From: Octopus vulgaris
Lineage: Eukaryota
Length of the DNA stretch: 64,000 nucleotides
Reading direction: 5' to 3'
Assembly: GCA_951406725.2 (NCBI GenBank)
Contig: OX597826.1
Coordinates: forward strand, 10,230,001-10,294,000
Shown: positions 13,223 to 26,045 of the stretch, piece after piece
Layout: every line of letters begins with the position of its first letter
How positions within the stretch are numbered: position 1 is the stretch's first letter
The notes under the pieces: model-generated
Database searches by the model: none
The model's input: the letters and a program-made list of their open reading frames with translations, nothing else
What the model was told of the DNA's origin: nothing
Made by a program: the position numbers and the translations under genes

Positions 13223-13357
13223 ACCTATAAATATGTTAATATTAACAATGTTTTCCTCAAATTCATGTTAAAAGAAAGAAAAACAAAACAAGACAAGGAA
13301 AAAATCACATGATTTTTTTAGCATATGTATTTATACATAAAGATCACATGATTTATC

Positions 13358-13395
<38 letters not shown>

Positions 13396-13585
13396 TGCAT
13401 GCATACACACAAACATACACATGTGTGTGTGTGTTTGTGTGTGAGTTTGTGTGTCTGTTTATAAAAATCAACCTTGTATAACAGTTAAAATATTTGTAAA
13501 TGCAAGAAAATAACTGAGTGGATAATATATTGAATTACTGGCTTAGAAGTTCAAATATGTTGTGGATAATGTTTTATAAGGCAGA

Positions 13586-13920
13586 ATGTGGAGGCGCAAT
13601 GGCCCAGTGGTTAGGGCAGTGAACTCGCAGTTGCAGGATCGCAGTTTTGATTCCCACCTAGAACTCCATGAGGCTCCGGCAGAGGAGGGTGGTGGCGAAC
13701 CCTGGTGTACGCTTTCACCACAACTTTCTCTCACTCTTTCTTTCTGTTTCTGTTCTACCTGTGTTTCGAAGGGCCAGCCTTGTCACACTCTGTGTCACAC
13801 TGAATCCCCCCGAGAACTACATTAAAGATACACATGTCTGTGGAGTACTCAGCCACTTGCAAGTTAATTTCATGAGCAGGCTGTTCCATTGATTGGATCA
13901 ACTGGAACCCTCATCATCAT
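13586..13920 (+). mobile_element. tRNA-derived SINE (family D-type head, alternative body)
   Basis: TGTGGAGGCGCAATGGCCCAGTGGTTAGG head. The body GCCTTGTCACACTCTGTGTCA...GAGAACTAC is shared with 41535-41770. Confidence 0.75.
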
Positions 13921-15088
13921 GAGGGTTCCTTATAAGGTAGAATATTTTATTTGAAAGAAATATTTTCTATCACATCATCTGCATAGAAAATGAATAGTTA
14001 AGCTAGTGTTAACATATTTATTGCTGGAAACATCAAAAATCTAATCTGAAATTATGATGAGGTGGGATACCTTGTGGTACACAGTTTTTAGAATGGTTGC
14101 ACTGTATTTCTGAATACCATAAGAGGTAAGAAGAAGATGGACATCCAATCCTAAAACGATGCTTTGAAAATTCCTATCCAATCCATGCTTGGAAGGGAAA
14201 GCAGATGTAAAATGATAATGAATGTGATGATTATGATGATGAAGATGGTGGTGGTGATGGTGGTACGTGGATGGTGATAGTTATGGTGGTGATGATGGTG
14301 GTTGTGATGATGATGATAGTGATAGTTATGGTGATGATGGAGGTAGCGATATTTATGGTGGTGGTGGCATTGATGGTGGTGGTGGGAAGATGATAATGGT
14401 CATGGTGGAGGTGATGGTGTTTGTGGTGGTAGTGTTGATAATGCAATGGTAAAATCTATACCAGAGGACACTTACACAATCCCACATGGTGGGAATCATG
14501 GTGGTTGTGAAACAAAATTCTTACCCATGCAGCCATGTCTGCACAAACATGTTTGTGTGTATATATGTAATCAGTCTTATGTATTTGTGCGTGTGTGTAT
14601 ATGTGATCAATCATGTGTATGTGTGCAGATATGGGTTGTGTGTGTGTATATGTGTGTATGACTAGACATGTATGTGTGTTTAGATGACTAGCCATGTGTG
14701 TCTGTTTTCAAGAACAGAGAAAATGGGCACAGTTTTTGTTTAGCCTTTTAGGAGAATGAGTTGGCACTGGATGGGTGCTTCACAATTCCATACATTGCTC
14801 ATGGAAGGAAAAGGTGAGGACAAGATCTCTTCGAACAAATAACAATGATAATTTATTTTGCCTGAATAAACATTTCATCTCTGGACATCGGTAGCCTGGA
14901 CACCTTGGTGTGCGAGAAGCAGCAGGGTTGGTAGTTAGACACAAAAATATGAAGGCATTTTCACAGACTTGCAATGTCGCTCACTGTCAGAATTCCAGCT
15001 CCACGGAGCTGGTCTAAGTTGTGTCCTGTCTGGTCAGTAGCTGGGACTGAAGAGGATGAATGGGTGACCAAACCTAGCTGCTGCTGAT

Positions 15089-15465
15089 TGTTTGTTTGTT
15101 TGTTGAGCGAAGCAGTCTTCGTCCAGAGTGGGAGAAGTCCGATACGTGGTCCTTTGCTATTCGTAAGACCCGCAGAAGAGAAAGCAGGTCAACCCCCCCC
15201 GACACTGAGAGCATTGACGGATGGACGAATGTGCACCCAGGCTCAGCGGTTGCGTAGGAAGTCGGGGATAGGAAACAGGAAGAAATGAGAGAAAGTTGGG
15301 GTGAAAGAGTACAACAGGGGTCGCCACCACCCCTCCTGCCAGAGCCACGTGGAGCTTTAGGTGTTTTCGCTCAATAAACACACACAACGCCCAGTCTGGG
15401 AATCGAAACCGCGATCCTCCGACCGGGAGTCCACTTCCCTAACCACTGGGCCATTGCGCCTCCAC
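15089..15465 (-). mobile_element. Young tRNA-derived SINE with (AAAC)n tail
   Basis: Head GGAGGCGCAATGGCCCAGTGGTTAGG...GGTTTCGATTCCC. Perfect 13-bp TSD AGCTGCTGCTGAT (15076-15088, 15466-15478). Confidence 0.9.
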
Positions 15466-15874
15466 AGCTGCTGCTGATGATTGCGCATACACATAAGGGG
15501 CTTCCGTCAGATCTCCGGAAAGCTCTAATTCTATGTGCATGCGTGGACGAATGTTCCACAATGGCATCTAGAACCAGGCGTCTCTACAGCATGAAGCTCA
15601 CTTTGAAACCACGTGGTTTTAGGTTTAATCCCACTGCACTGGGCTAGCATCTTCTACCATAGCCCTGGGCTCACCAATGTTTATGCATAGATATGTGTGT
15701 GTGTGTGTGTGTGTCTTTGAGTTTGTCCCTCTTTCCTCTTCCCACTTGACAACCAGTCTTGGTTTGTTTACATCTAAGCACCTTAGCAGTTGGCTAGAAA
15801 TAGTTACCAAATCTTTCTTCAATCAAACTTTACTATCCTATGTAAGGAAAAGACACACTACATATGTTTATGTA

Positions 15875-16165
15875 TTTGTTTTGCAAGATTCTTGATGTGA
15901 AATTGTGTGTTGAAACAAATATTGTTACATTTTGAGATGATCATTTTTCTTTCTTTTTTTTTGCCAAACAACCACATACACTATATGCTTGTTCCTTACT
16001 TCAGCTTTATTATTTTTATTTTACTGTCCTTTGTCTGAAATCTTTCATCAAATGGACTAAACAGGACAGGAGGAGACACATGGCATGGAGAGTTGCTGAA
16101 GAGGTCACAGGATGTGTGACAAAAGATTTCAGACAAAGAATACTAAAATAAGAATAATAAAGAAA
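15875..16165. mobile_element. Penelope-like terminal-repeat fragment with inverted repeat and decayed hammerhead-like motif
   Basis: Homologous to 37185-37499. Arms 16005-16045 / 16121-16162. CTGAAGA-G-GTCACA..TGTGAC-AAAA at 16096-16124. Confidence 0.5.
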
Positions 16166-16438
16166 TACATATTACATAATTTAAGTCTTAGATACCCCTG
16201 AAAATTAAGATCGTTATAGCTGGAATGCCAATGGTCTTAAGGTCCAGTTAATCATGGTTGACCTAGTGTTAAACAACAACAACAATAACAACAGTTACTC
16301 TAAACAAACGATCAGAACTAACATCTACTTGCTAACATTGGCAGAAGTTTTATTGATGAATCAAAATGAGTCTGCTGAGTCACAAATCAAACAACACTTG
16401 TTACTAACATGACTTACCACATTACTTGTCACCTATAT

Positions 16439-16840
16439 ACTCTTTTATTTGTTTCAGTTATGTGACTGTGGCCATGCTGGAGCACCGGCTTTAGTCGAGC
16501 AAATCGACCTCAGGACTTATTCTTTGTAAGCCTAGTACTTATTCTATCGGTTTCTTTTGCCGAACCGCTAAGTTACGGGGACGTAAACACACCAGCATCG
16601 GTTGTCAAGCGATGTTGGGGGAACAAACACAGACACACAAACATATACACACACATACATATATATATATATATACATATATATACAACGGGCTTCTTTC
16701 AGTTTCCGTCTACCAAATCCACTCACAAGGCTTTGGTCGGCCCGAGGCTTTAGTAGAAGACACTTGCCCACGCAGTGGGACTGAATCTGGAACCATGTGG
16801 ATGGTAAGCAAGCTACTTACCACAAAACCACTCCTACGCC
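16439..16840 (-). mobile_element. SINE family A, full length
   Basis: Collinear with 12271-12643 and 60046-60428. Confidence 0.9.
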
Positions 16841-16954
16841 TATATGCACATATATGCTATCAATACATACATATTCATGAATGATCACCTATACAGAGAG
16901 AGAGAGAGAGAAAGAGAGACAGGAAAGAGCATCTATAGATGATTACTGGGCTTG

Positions 16955-17179
16955 AACTGGCAGAAACGTTAGCACACCGGGCGAAATGCGTAGCCGTATT
17001 TCGTCTGCCGTTACGTTCTGAGTTCAAATTCTGCCGAGGTTGACTTTGCCTTTCATCCTTTCAGGGTCGATAAATTAAGTACCAGTTATGCACTGGGGTC
17101 GATGTAATTGACTTAATCCCTTTGTCTGTCCTTATGTCTCCTCTCTGTGTTTAGCCCCTTGTGGGTAGTAAAGAAATAG
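16955..17179 (+). mobile_element. SINE family B
   Basis: Near-identical to 51146-51377. The centre GCCTTTCATCCTTTC.GGGTCGATAAATTAAGTACC resembles the Meta-SINE domain (recalled, not searched). Confidence 0.85.
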
Positions 17180-17284
17180 GTTCTCGCTTTCTGATATGAA
17201 TCCAATTGTGGAAATGGTAAAAAGAAAGGAGGCAAACATTATCCATTGGGTATTTAACATTTGTCTTCCATAATCAGTGGGTCA

Positions 17285-17585
17285 CAAACAAGTTTAGAGA
17301 GAAACTGGATAAAAGAAAAGTCTAATGTAGTCTATAAGAGAGGAGACTGTCTTGTATGGACATGTGATGTGTATAAAATGTGTGGATGAAGAAGTAGAGC
17401 TTAAGTGATCCAAGTTGAAGGAATGTGCAGGAGAAAGTGACTGAAGAAAACACTGGAAGAACTGGTGAAGACTGTCCTCAAGAAGTTGAACCTCCCAAAG
17501 GTGATGATAAAATGCTTGTGATTAGTACTAGAGAAGACCTGTGCAACCCATGCAAACCTGGAAAAATGGGCTTATGATGATAATG
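17285..17585 (+). mobile_element. Old RTE LINE 3' fragment
   Basis: Degenerate match to the RLxxYGHV region (GAGACTGTCTTGTATGGACATGTG), ending AACCCATGC...GGAAAA plus a (GAT)n-like tail. Confidence 0.55.
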
Positions 17586-18350
17586 ATAAAGATGGTTATG
17601 ATGATGATTGTCATGATGATGATGATAATGAGGATGATTCTGTGTGTGTGTGTGTAGTGTGTATTTGTGTGGAAGTGTGTGCAAATGCAAAACTGACGTT
17701 TAGAGATAAAAATTCTAACCATATTCTAAAATTTAAAAAAATATTTAAATATATCAAAAAATAAATTTCTAATTTACCTATTTACAAAGAGACCTGGGTT
17801 CCATGTAAAAAAAAGAAAACCTAAAAAAAAACAAATATTAAAATTGCTCCAAGATTGGTAATAAAAAATTAATAACAGCTCAGTGAAGTGCTTTACAAAA
17901 AATATAAATTAAAAACAAAATAAACTAATAAAAAAATATTCTCTACACAGCAAACAAAATATTAGTTTTAAAATTAAAAAAAAAAGAATTATTTGAAAAG
18001 TATATTCAAATAAAAAATCCTCAAAGCAATATTAATTTAATTCAAATAACTTGGAAAAATTAAAGGAGATACCCAAACAATATATATATACCGTTTGTTC
18101 GTTTTACATCTATTTTTTGTTATTTTCTTTTCATGCTAGCATAGGTTAGACATGTTTTATCATTGAAGCTCTATTTTACAGCTAGATGCTCTTCCAGTTG
18201 CTAACCCTTACACGTTTTCAATTAAGAAACCCATTTTGCATATTTTTGAAGGCACAAAGTGAGTCGATGATTTGTTGTCAGGAGAACTTAGAACAATGAC
18301 ACTGCTCACACTGGGTGACTTTTATAGAGCACAAAAATAAACAGTGTGCA

Positions 18351-18381
<31 letters not shown>

Positions 18382-19461
18382 GCAATGGGCTTTTTTCAGT
18401 TTCTATCAGCCAAATTTAGTCAAAAGGCTTTGGTTACAGGTATGGCTGTGTAGTCAAGAAATTCACTTCCCAGCTATGTGGTTCCATGTTCAGTCCCACT
18501 GCATGCTACCTTCAGTATTTTCTACAATAGCACCAAGATGAATCCTTGTCAGTCAGTGAATTTGGTATATAGATATATAATAGTGGTCAGTGGTCATGTA
18601 TAAATGCATAGAAGTGTGAATGTTGATGTATAGAAATGTGTATTGATGTATTAAAATCTCAAAGTGTTGTGGTATAAAAATGTTAATGTGCAGATATATA
18701 AAAAAAATGTTAATGTTGATGTATAACTTTTATTACAGCTGTATAAAAATGCTAATGTGTAGATATATAAAAGTGCAAATGTGCAGAGTGTGAATTTATA
18801 TACTTATCAAAGTGTTAATGTAGATGTATAAAAGCGTTGTCAAAGCGTGAAGCAGTAATTACAAGGAGACGAGTTTGATTGTCATTCAGCTTTGACATTT
18901 TATTGACTGGTCCATTGACTGTGTATAATCTGTATAGAAATTCCTGTTTAAAATGTATAAATAATTTGTTCAATAGATATCATGAATGATTACCCATTAG
19001 GGCAGGACTGACTAAAGGGGAGGGAGAAAGCAGCAACAATGATTGAAAAAAAATGATGGTAATTTTTTTAGCAATAATAATAAATAAAATATTCATTTAT
19101 AAAGCATATGCCACATAAAATATTCATAAATATAAAAGATGTTCAAGCCAATGCAGAATCATCAATGTAAGCCAGTAAAGGAGTATCTATGTTGGTCAAT
19201 GAAGGAATCTTTACATGAGTCAAAGAGGAAGCCTCATTGACACAACCAACTTTCCATCAAATTACATCCTAACAACTTGAAAACTATGTTATCTCTGAAA
19301 AAGAAAAAGAATGTTTTACCTTGCTGCGAAATAATACAATCATATCAAAGAAGGACCCTAAAGTTCTAAAATGACCAGATACATTCTAGTATCTTGAAAT
19401 AATAGTTTGGCTTATAACCAAAATAATGTTAGTCTGTGTAGCATGGTTGAATATACTTTAA

Positions 19462-19665
19462 CCCTTTAGTATTCAGATTAAGTTATCAAATGTAATGCTT
19501 ATTTTTTAATAATGTAGTATTTTGTAGCTTCAAGATTTTGAAGATGCGTTTGTTTATTTTTAGAATGACATTGTAGGGTAGGTGTGAGAGGTTGAGTCTG
19601 GTCAGTTTCAACATAAAACAAGTAGAATATTTGGGCTGGATATGGCCAGTTTCAGTGCTAAAGTG
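19462..19665. mobile_element. piggyBac-like MITE, copy 2
   Basis: TTAA on both sides, CCCTTTAGTA...TGCTAAAGTG termini, internal similarity to 5087-5319. Confidence 0.7.
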
Positions 19666-20284
19666 TTAAGCCTTAAAATATGTTACAAGCATTAACCTCT
19701 TTGTTACTGTATTTCTGTTGAAATATAGAGGCCTTTGGTTAAATTAATTTCAAAAATAACAAAGAATTAATTAAAATAATTTTGTCATTATTAAGCTGGT
19801 GTTTGGAACATAAATTAACTTGAAATTATGATGAAAGATTTTAATCTTTAAAACAAGAAACTTGTATTATTGAACAAGAAATAATTTCATGCAGTTTGGT
19901 GTCATCTGTTTTGGAATTATGCTGCTATCACACACACATACCATCACCATCCATCCATCCATCTGTTCATCTGCCTACCTACCTCCCTCCTAATGCATTT
20001 TGTCATCTGTCATAGACAGTTTGAGTGTCTTCATTAGGAAAGTTTTTCCCTCAAGACACAAGATGTTTTATGGTAGACAAACAGTTGCTTATGAATGTAA
20101 GTTAACTCTCTTTCTACCAATGTTTTCCAAAGGTAAGGCCGGTACAAAATGGCAGAAATTACACTACAGATTCTGCCATCAGACTTTAAATAACCAAAAC
20201 TGGTACCAAAAGGTATTCCTTCTGACATTCCAATAATCCCTTGAATCCACTGCCCTGTGCAGGAATTAATTTTTTTGACCCTGA

Positions 20285-20982
20285 AAACACAGTTTCTTGC
20301 CATACCTCCAGAAAAAAGTCAGAAGTGACTGTCAGAGAATTTCTGAGCAAGGACATTGCCAGTGCTGCTGGACTGGCTCCTATGCAGATGGTATGTAAAA
20401 ACACCATTTGAGCATGGCCATTGTCAGTACCGCCTGAGTGGCCCTTGTGCCGGTGGCACATAAAAGCACCCACTACACTCTCAGAGTGGTTGGCGTTAGG
20501 AAGGGCATCTAGCTGTAGAAACTCTGGCAGATCAGACTGGAGCCTGGTGCAGCCATCTGGTTCGCCAGTCCTCAGTCAAATCGTCCAACTCATGCTAGCA
20601 TGGAAAGTGGACGTTAAACGATGATGATGATGATGATGACATTAGCCCCAATTTCTGGCTTCCTAAGTCCGCCAATTGTAATCAGATGGATTACTGTGTG
20701 TGAAGCATGGTTGAGAAAGACATGAACCACTCTGCCTACAACACCAAAGCTGAGGTAATGGTCAAGATTAAGGAGGTGTTTGAAGATTTTCCCAGGGACA
20801 CAGTGAGAAACACATCTTGAGGCTGTGGTGGAAGTTGAGGGTGGCTTCTTTGAGTAAACTGTTATCTCCCAGCCATAATCTAGTTGAGGTTTTTTGATTT
20901 TTGAAAATACTTCTATTTTTGGAGGGATAATATGGTTCTTTTACCTTTTATGAAAACCGTCAAATTTAGCCTGAACACCCTG
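20285..20982 (+). mobile_element. Decayed Tc1/mariner (maT-like) transposon 3' part, interrupted by an RTE 3' fragment (20352-20639)
   Basis: Residual peptide FWLPKSANCNQMDYCV*S ... LEAVVEVEGGFFE*. Ends CACCCTG-TA. The nested insert is flanked by GACATT/GACATT. Confidence 0.7.
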
Positions 20983-21129
20983 TATGCAAACACATACACA
21001 CATACATGAACACAGCCACATGTGATTTTAAAATTAACCCTCTCCCACCATCCTCCATCCTAACTTTTTACCCCTGTACCTCTATTCCACTGTACCCTTA
21101 CCCCAATATATATTAGGCACATATATCTT

Positions 21130-21318
21130 CTATCTTTTTCTTGTTTCAGTCATTAGTCTGTGGCCATGCTGGGGCAACAGCTTGAAGGGCTTATCAAATA
21201 AATTAACCCTAGTACTAATGTTTAAGTTTGGCACTTATTGTATTGATCCTTTGTGTTGAACTATTCAGGGATGTAAACAAACTAACTCTGGATGTCAAGT
21301 GGTGGAGGGGGACAAATA

Positions 21319-21361
<43 letters not shown>

Positions 21362-21510
21362 ATATATTATATACAAGACAAGCTTCCACACAGTTTTTGT
21401 CTACCAAATTCAAATTTACTCACAAAGCATTATCAGTAAATGGTGATAGTAGAAGACACTTGTTGAAGGTACCATGCAATGGGACTGAACCTGAAACCAT
21501 GCTGGTTGCA
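21130..21510 (-). mobile_element. SINE family A (diverged)
   Basis: TTGTTTCAGTCATT tail, internal (CA)n, AGAAGACACTTG...GGGACTGAACC. Confidence 0.75.
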
Positions 21511-22659
21511 AATATATATTACTTATATATGCAAAAGACGATACAAGTAATTATGAATACACATTTTTGAAATAAAATTACTTACTCCCAATTTACTTCA
21601 TTTTCATAATTAAGGAAGCTATTTCAGGTGATAATTAAGAGATGACTAATTTTTGAAATTTAAATATTCAGAGTTTTAATGAAATCATGAGCACTCAGTA
21701 ATAATTTTCGTCTGTGTTTGTGTAAAGTTGAACATTTTGACTCATTTTCATAATCTGGTTATGAACTTAAGTATGTATATCATTTAGAGACTAATTGACA
21801 AAAATAAATTTAAAGAAAAAGAAAAAAAAAACAGAAAATTAAACTTAGCAGAAGACTACATGAAGCAAAAAAATAAAAATAAAAATAAATGAAACAAATT
21901 TTGATGTTAGAAAAGCAGTAATTAATATACTCATTTATTTAAAGTTAAAAAAAATACCCTTGATCTAAATTTCATTAAATATTGTAAAGTAGTTAGTATT
22001 CTGTGTGTAATGAAGCATCTTTAATAGATGTATAATAATTATGAAACAAATGCTTCTTTTCTTACTCAAAATGAAAACAAAAAATTGTTGCTATAATTAT
22101 TATTAGCTATTGTTAATTTAACTAGATTTTGTAAAGGTGTGTCATCCAAATAAATGAATTAAAATTAGTTGAAACTGTTCTGCTTTGGTTATTGCCTACT
22201 GAAGCTGGTCAAGTGGGGAGGGTTGGAATGTCGCTTGTCTTTGAATGTATTTGTTGATTATACAAAACAGCAACAGTTTCTGAAAACATAACGAACCAAA
22301 ACAATCAAATGAAGAAAGGAGTTTTTTGTTTTTTTTTGTTTTGGAAATTTTTTCCTTTACTTTCTATTTCCTGTCTAAATAAATAGTAACTTAATTAGTA
22401 AAGCGTTAATTTTTCTTTCAGATTAAGCAATTATTTTAACCTTATACACTAATACATGTATGTATGTATGTATGTATGTATGTATGTATGTATGCATGCA
22501 TGCATGCATCTACATATGTGTGTGTGACTACATAGACAAACACACACAAAACAGATATATATGTATGTATATACATATGTGTGTGTATATATATATGTGT
22601 GTGTGTGTGTGTGTTTATATATATGTGTATGTATTTGTATGTATCTCTCCCTTTCTCTC

Positions 22660-23062
22660 TGGCTGTGTTGTAAGAAGCTTGCTTCCCAAGAACATGGTTC
22701 CAGGTTCAGTCCTTCTACATAGCACCTTGGGAAAATGTCTTCTACTATAGCCTTGGGCCAACCAAAGCCTTCTGAGTGGATTTGGTAGACGGAAACTGAA
22801 AGAAGTCCGTTGCATATATGTATATACATATATCTATGTGTGTGTGTGTCTTTGTGTCTGTGTTTGTCCACCACCACCACCACCACCACCACCTGACAAC
22901 CTCTGTTAGTGTGTTTACAACCCTGTAACCTAGCATTTCAACAAAAGAGACTAATAGAAGAAGTACCGGTCTTAAAAAAAAATTATCTGACTAAAACCCT
23001 TCAAAACAGTGCCCCAGCGTGACCACAGACAAATCTTCAAAACAAGTAGAAGATAAAAGATA
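22660..23062 (+). mobile_element. SINE family A
   Basis: TGGCTGTG..AAGAAGCTTGC head; GAGTGGATTTGGTAGACGGAAACTGAAAGAAG core. Confidence 0.8.
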
Positions 23063-23198
23063 AGAGATATAGTATATATGCCTATATTATATGTGCTTAT
23101 TCTTATAACACCACCATACTTGAGCCTATATATGTATGTATATATATATATATATATATATAACAAAGTGAAGTTGTAAGGTACCGCATGAGTGGAAA

Positions 23199-23340
23199 TA
23201 TATATGAAAGACGGTTTGACAATGCAATTTTAAACAATGCTTTTACATTTTACTTTTGACAATCTTTTTCTAAAAAAGCGAAACTGGTCAAGTGAATAAA
23301 CATCGTTTAAAATTGCATTGTCAAACCTTCTTTCATATAT
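23199..23340. repeat. Short palindrome (~45-bp arms)
   Basis: TATATGAAAGACGGTTTGACAATGCAATTTTAAAC versus GTTTAAAATTGCATTGTCAAACCTTCTTTCATATA. Confidence 0.85.
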
Positions 23341-23355
23341 ATATATATATATATA

Positions 23356-23727
23356 CTAGCAGTATCGCCCGGCGTTCCTCGGGTTTGTAAGGGAAATAAC
23401 TATAAAGCATTTTTAGAGAGTTATAGCCAAAAAATGGAAAAAAAATTATGGTAAATTTTTTTTGAGAGTTAAAAAGGTCGAGTTGCGTCCCCTAGACAGT
23501 CTGTGGTTTGTGTTTCTGATTCTTGACCCCATGTCGAATTTATCGATTTTTTCAGAACTGGGGGAACTTTTCAAAATTTTCGCTGCGTTAGTTTTGAATT
23601 ATGACATTGGGCTATGTGTGTGTCAAGTTTCATCAGAATCGGTTGAAAGCCGTGGTCAGGGTGAGGGTACAAGAAAACAGACACACAGAAACACGCACAG
23701 ACAAACTGCCGTTTATATATAGAGAGA
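23356..23727 (-). mobile_element. Non-autonomous Helitron
   Basis: The minus strand starts TC and ends CTAG, sits between A and T, has a CCCG...CGGG hairpin ~10 nt before the 3' end, and has no TIR or TSD. Confidence 0.75.
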
Positions 23728-23769
23728 TATATATATACACATATATATATATATATATATGTCTGTATA

Positions 23770-23823
<54 letters not shown>

Positions 23824-23864
23824 TATATATATATGTCTGTATATATATGTGTGTATATATATAT

Positions 23865-24037
23865 ATAAAAATTCTGTAATTATAAGCATAATTATAATTA
23901 GGGTTCAGCAAAAATTGCTTCACCCCATATGGTAGTGGAATAGTATTTAACTGCTATTTCTAAATTTTATTATGTGGTGAAGCAATTTTTGCTGAACCCT
24001 AATTATAATTATGCTTATAATTATAGAATTTTTGTAT
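23865..24037. repeat. Near-perfect palindrome (~60-bp arms)
   Basis: AATTATAAGCATAATTATAATTAGGGTTCAGCAAAAATTGCTTCACC and its exact reverse complement. Confidence 0.9.
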
Positions 24038-24200
24038 AAGGTTACCACTAATAGTTCTTTTAACATACCAAACTACTTGGTAAATTATTAATTATTAATT
24101 AATTAATTAATTAAATTTACCCTTTATTATTATTGATAATATATATATGTATATATATATATATATATACAAAAAAAAAAGCAACAAAAATGGATCAATA

Positions 24201-24290
24201 TTTCGGTACAATTGTTTCATACGAAGACCAGCTTTATTAAGGCTGCAAATATTGCAGCAAATGCAAGTGACCCGTACTCATCAGCCGAAA
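24201..24290 (-). ncRNA. Type I hammerhead ribozyme motif (intact core)
   Basis: Minus strand: TTTCGG-CTGATGA-GTAC...GTAT-GAAA-CAATTG-TA-CCGAAA. Stem I is 6 bp, stem II is GTAC/GTAT, stem III is palindromic (ACAATTGT), and the cleavage triplet is GUA. Confidence 0.85.
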
Positions 24291-24596
24291 AAACATCTGA
24301 GTTCTCCAAACATCTAAGGGGGCGAGGCTACACTCCTGAAACATCAGGGATAGTTCTATAAAAATCAGATTTAGATAATAGACGGACTTCCATATATATA
24401 TATATGTGTGTGTGTGTGTGTAATGGTAAGATCCAAAGATCAAGATGTAGGAAGTTCGTGAGCTTCAAGCTATCTGTTGAAGGCATAAAAAGCAACTTTC
24501 AGGAACAATAGTGGTTTACTGGCACAGAAGTACAATGAGCTGAAAAGAAATAATTTTATAGTTCATGGTTAGCAACATGGGTATATGCAAATAAGC

Positions 24597-24893
24597 ATCC
24601 AAAATTTAAGGAATGGAGTAGATAGAATCCAAGCTACATATGTTTCATAGCTAGCAGACCCTCGGAAGTAGTCAATTGCTCAAACAAGGGGTGGAACGCA
24701 AGCTACTCTTCAGGCCAAGGATAATTAGATTATATGAAGTTTACGTTGTCATAAGGACAAGGTATAATCAAGGCACCCTTGGCCTGAAGAGTAGCACGTG
24801 GTTTACCCCTCATTTGGACAATTTACTTCTTCCAGAGTTCTGCTAGCTATATGTTGCCTGGATTTTATCTACTCCATTCCTTAAATTTTGGAT
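24597..24893. repeat. Imperfect inverted repeat (~120-bp arms)
   Basis: ATCCAAAATTTAAGGAATGGAGTAGATA at the outer ends and GCTACTCTTCAGGCCAAGG / CCTTGGCCTGAAGAGTAGC at the inner ends. Confidence 0.85.
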
Positions 24894-24915
24894 ATATACA
24901 TATATATGTGTGTGT

Positions 24916-24971
<56 letters not shown>

Positions 24972-24973
<2 letters not shown>

Positions 24974-25430
24974 TGGGTTGGCAACTAAGTTCTTGCCATT
25001 TTTTAAAGTTTTAATTTTTTAAAAGGTTTAATAAAAAATAACTAATTAATCAATAATGTATTCACCCTTGTTGTTTACAACTTCTTCTCAAAGTTCAACA
25101 AGATTTTCAATACTCGATTTCAACTCAAAGAATTGATCCAACCAAGCTCTTTTAGATCTGATGTAGTGATATTCTTTTGCTTTTCCTGACAAATTGACCT
25201 TTCCACATCATATAAGACTTATATCTGATGTCTTCGTGGACAACATTTCTGGCTGTTTAGTTTTGACATATGGAGATCTTTTGCAATTGACTGCATGGAC
25301 TTTCTGGGATTGTAATTAATGGTCTGTTGAACTTGCTGAATAAATTCAGGTATTCTGATGATTTCAGAGCATTTAGAAGGCTTTTTATACTTTGATACTG
25401 GTGATGTTTTCATCTTCAATCTCTCACTCA
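24972..25430 (-). mobile_element. Mariner 3' end fragment joined to a maT-like transposase N-terminal fragment
   Basis: TA-TTGGGTTGGCAACTAA TIR. The minus strand reads IENLVEL*EEVVNNKGEYIID*. ORF 25219-25431 has an HTH-like segment NPRKSMQSIAKDLHMS. Confidence 0.65.
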
Positions 25431-25568
25431 TGTGGAATCAATGCTAGGTGTGTTGAAACAGTTGTTGGGATTAATAATAAATTCTTGTATATTCCATTTT
25501 CCATCTGCCATATCACTTACCATGATGATGACGATGATAGTGTTGTATAAGTATGTGTATATATACAT

Positions 25569-25601
<33 letters not shown>

Positions 25602-25699
25602 TATATAATATTATTAAAATTCTGTAATAATATCTTCAAAAATATACGTCAACACAACATTATCAAAGTAATCCAAATTGGTGAAATTCCAACTTTAGT

Positions 25700-26045
25700 C
25701 ATCCAGCGAAGTCATCAATAATTGTATATGTTATTAATTATAATAATTTTTCAATTATTATGTAATAAGGTTAATTCCTATAAAAGTGTTTAATATAATA
25801 AATAGATAGGTATTTAATTATCTGTAATTTTTATTCTTTACTTATCCAATGAATTCATCAATAACTGTATATATTATCAATTATAATAATTTTTCAATTA
25901 TCATATAATAAGTTTAATTCCTATGAAAAGGTTAGCGTATTGAATAAATAGGTAATTAATTATTAGGTTTCTATTAAGCATAACGTAGAATTCTTGTCTG
26001 TGGTTTTTATTCTTTTGTTATCCAGCAACCTCATCAATAATTGTG
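25700..26045. repeat. Degenerate tandem repeat (~145-175-bp units)
   Basis: ATCCA..AA.TCATCAATAA.TGT recurs at ~25701, ~25844 and ~26020. Confidence 0.65.

Noticed and set aside
15390-15465. tRNA genes at SINE heads
   Set aside because: A/B-box-like motifs are present but run directly into SINE bodies with tails and TSDs. I could not support a complete cloverleaf.
24777-24840. CTGAAGA as another hammerhead core
   Set aside because: No GAAA follows a stem II on either arm.
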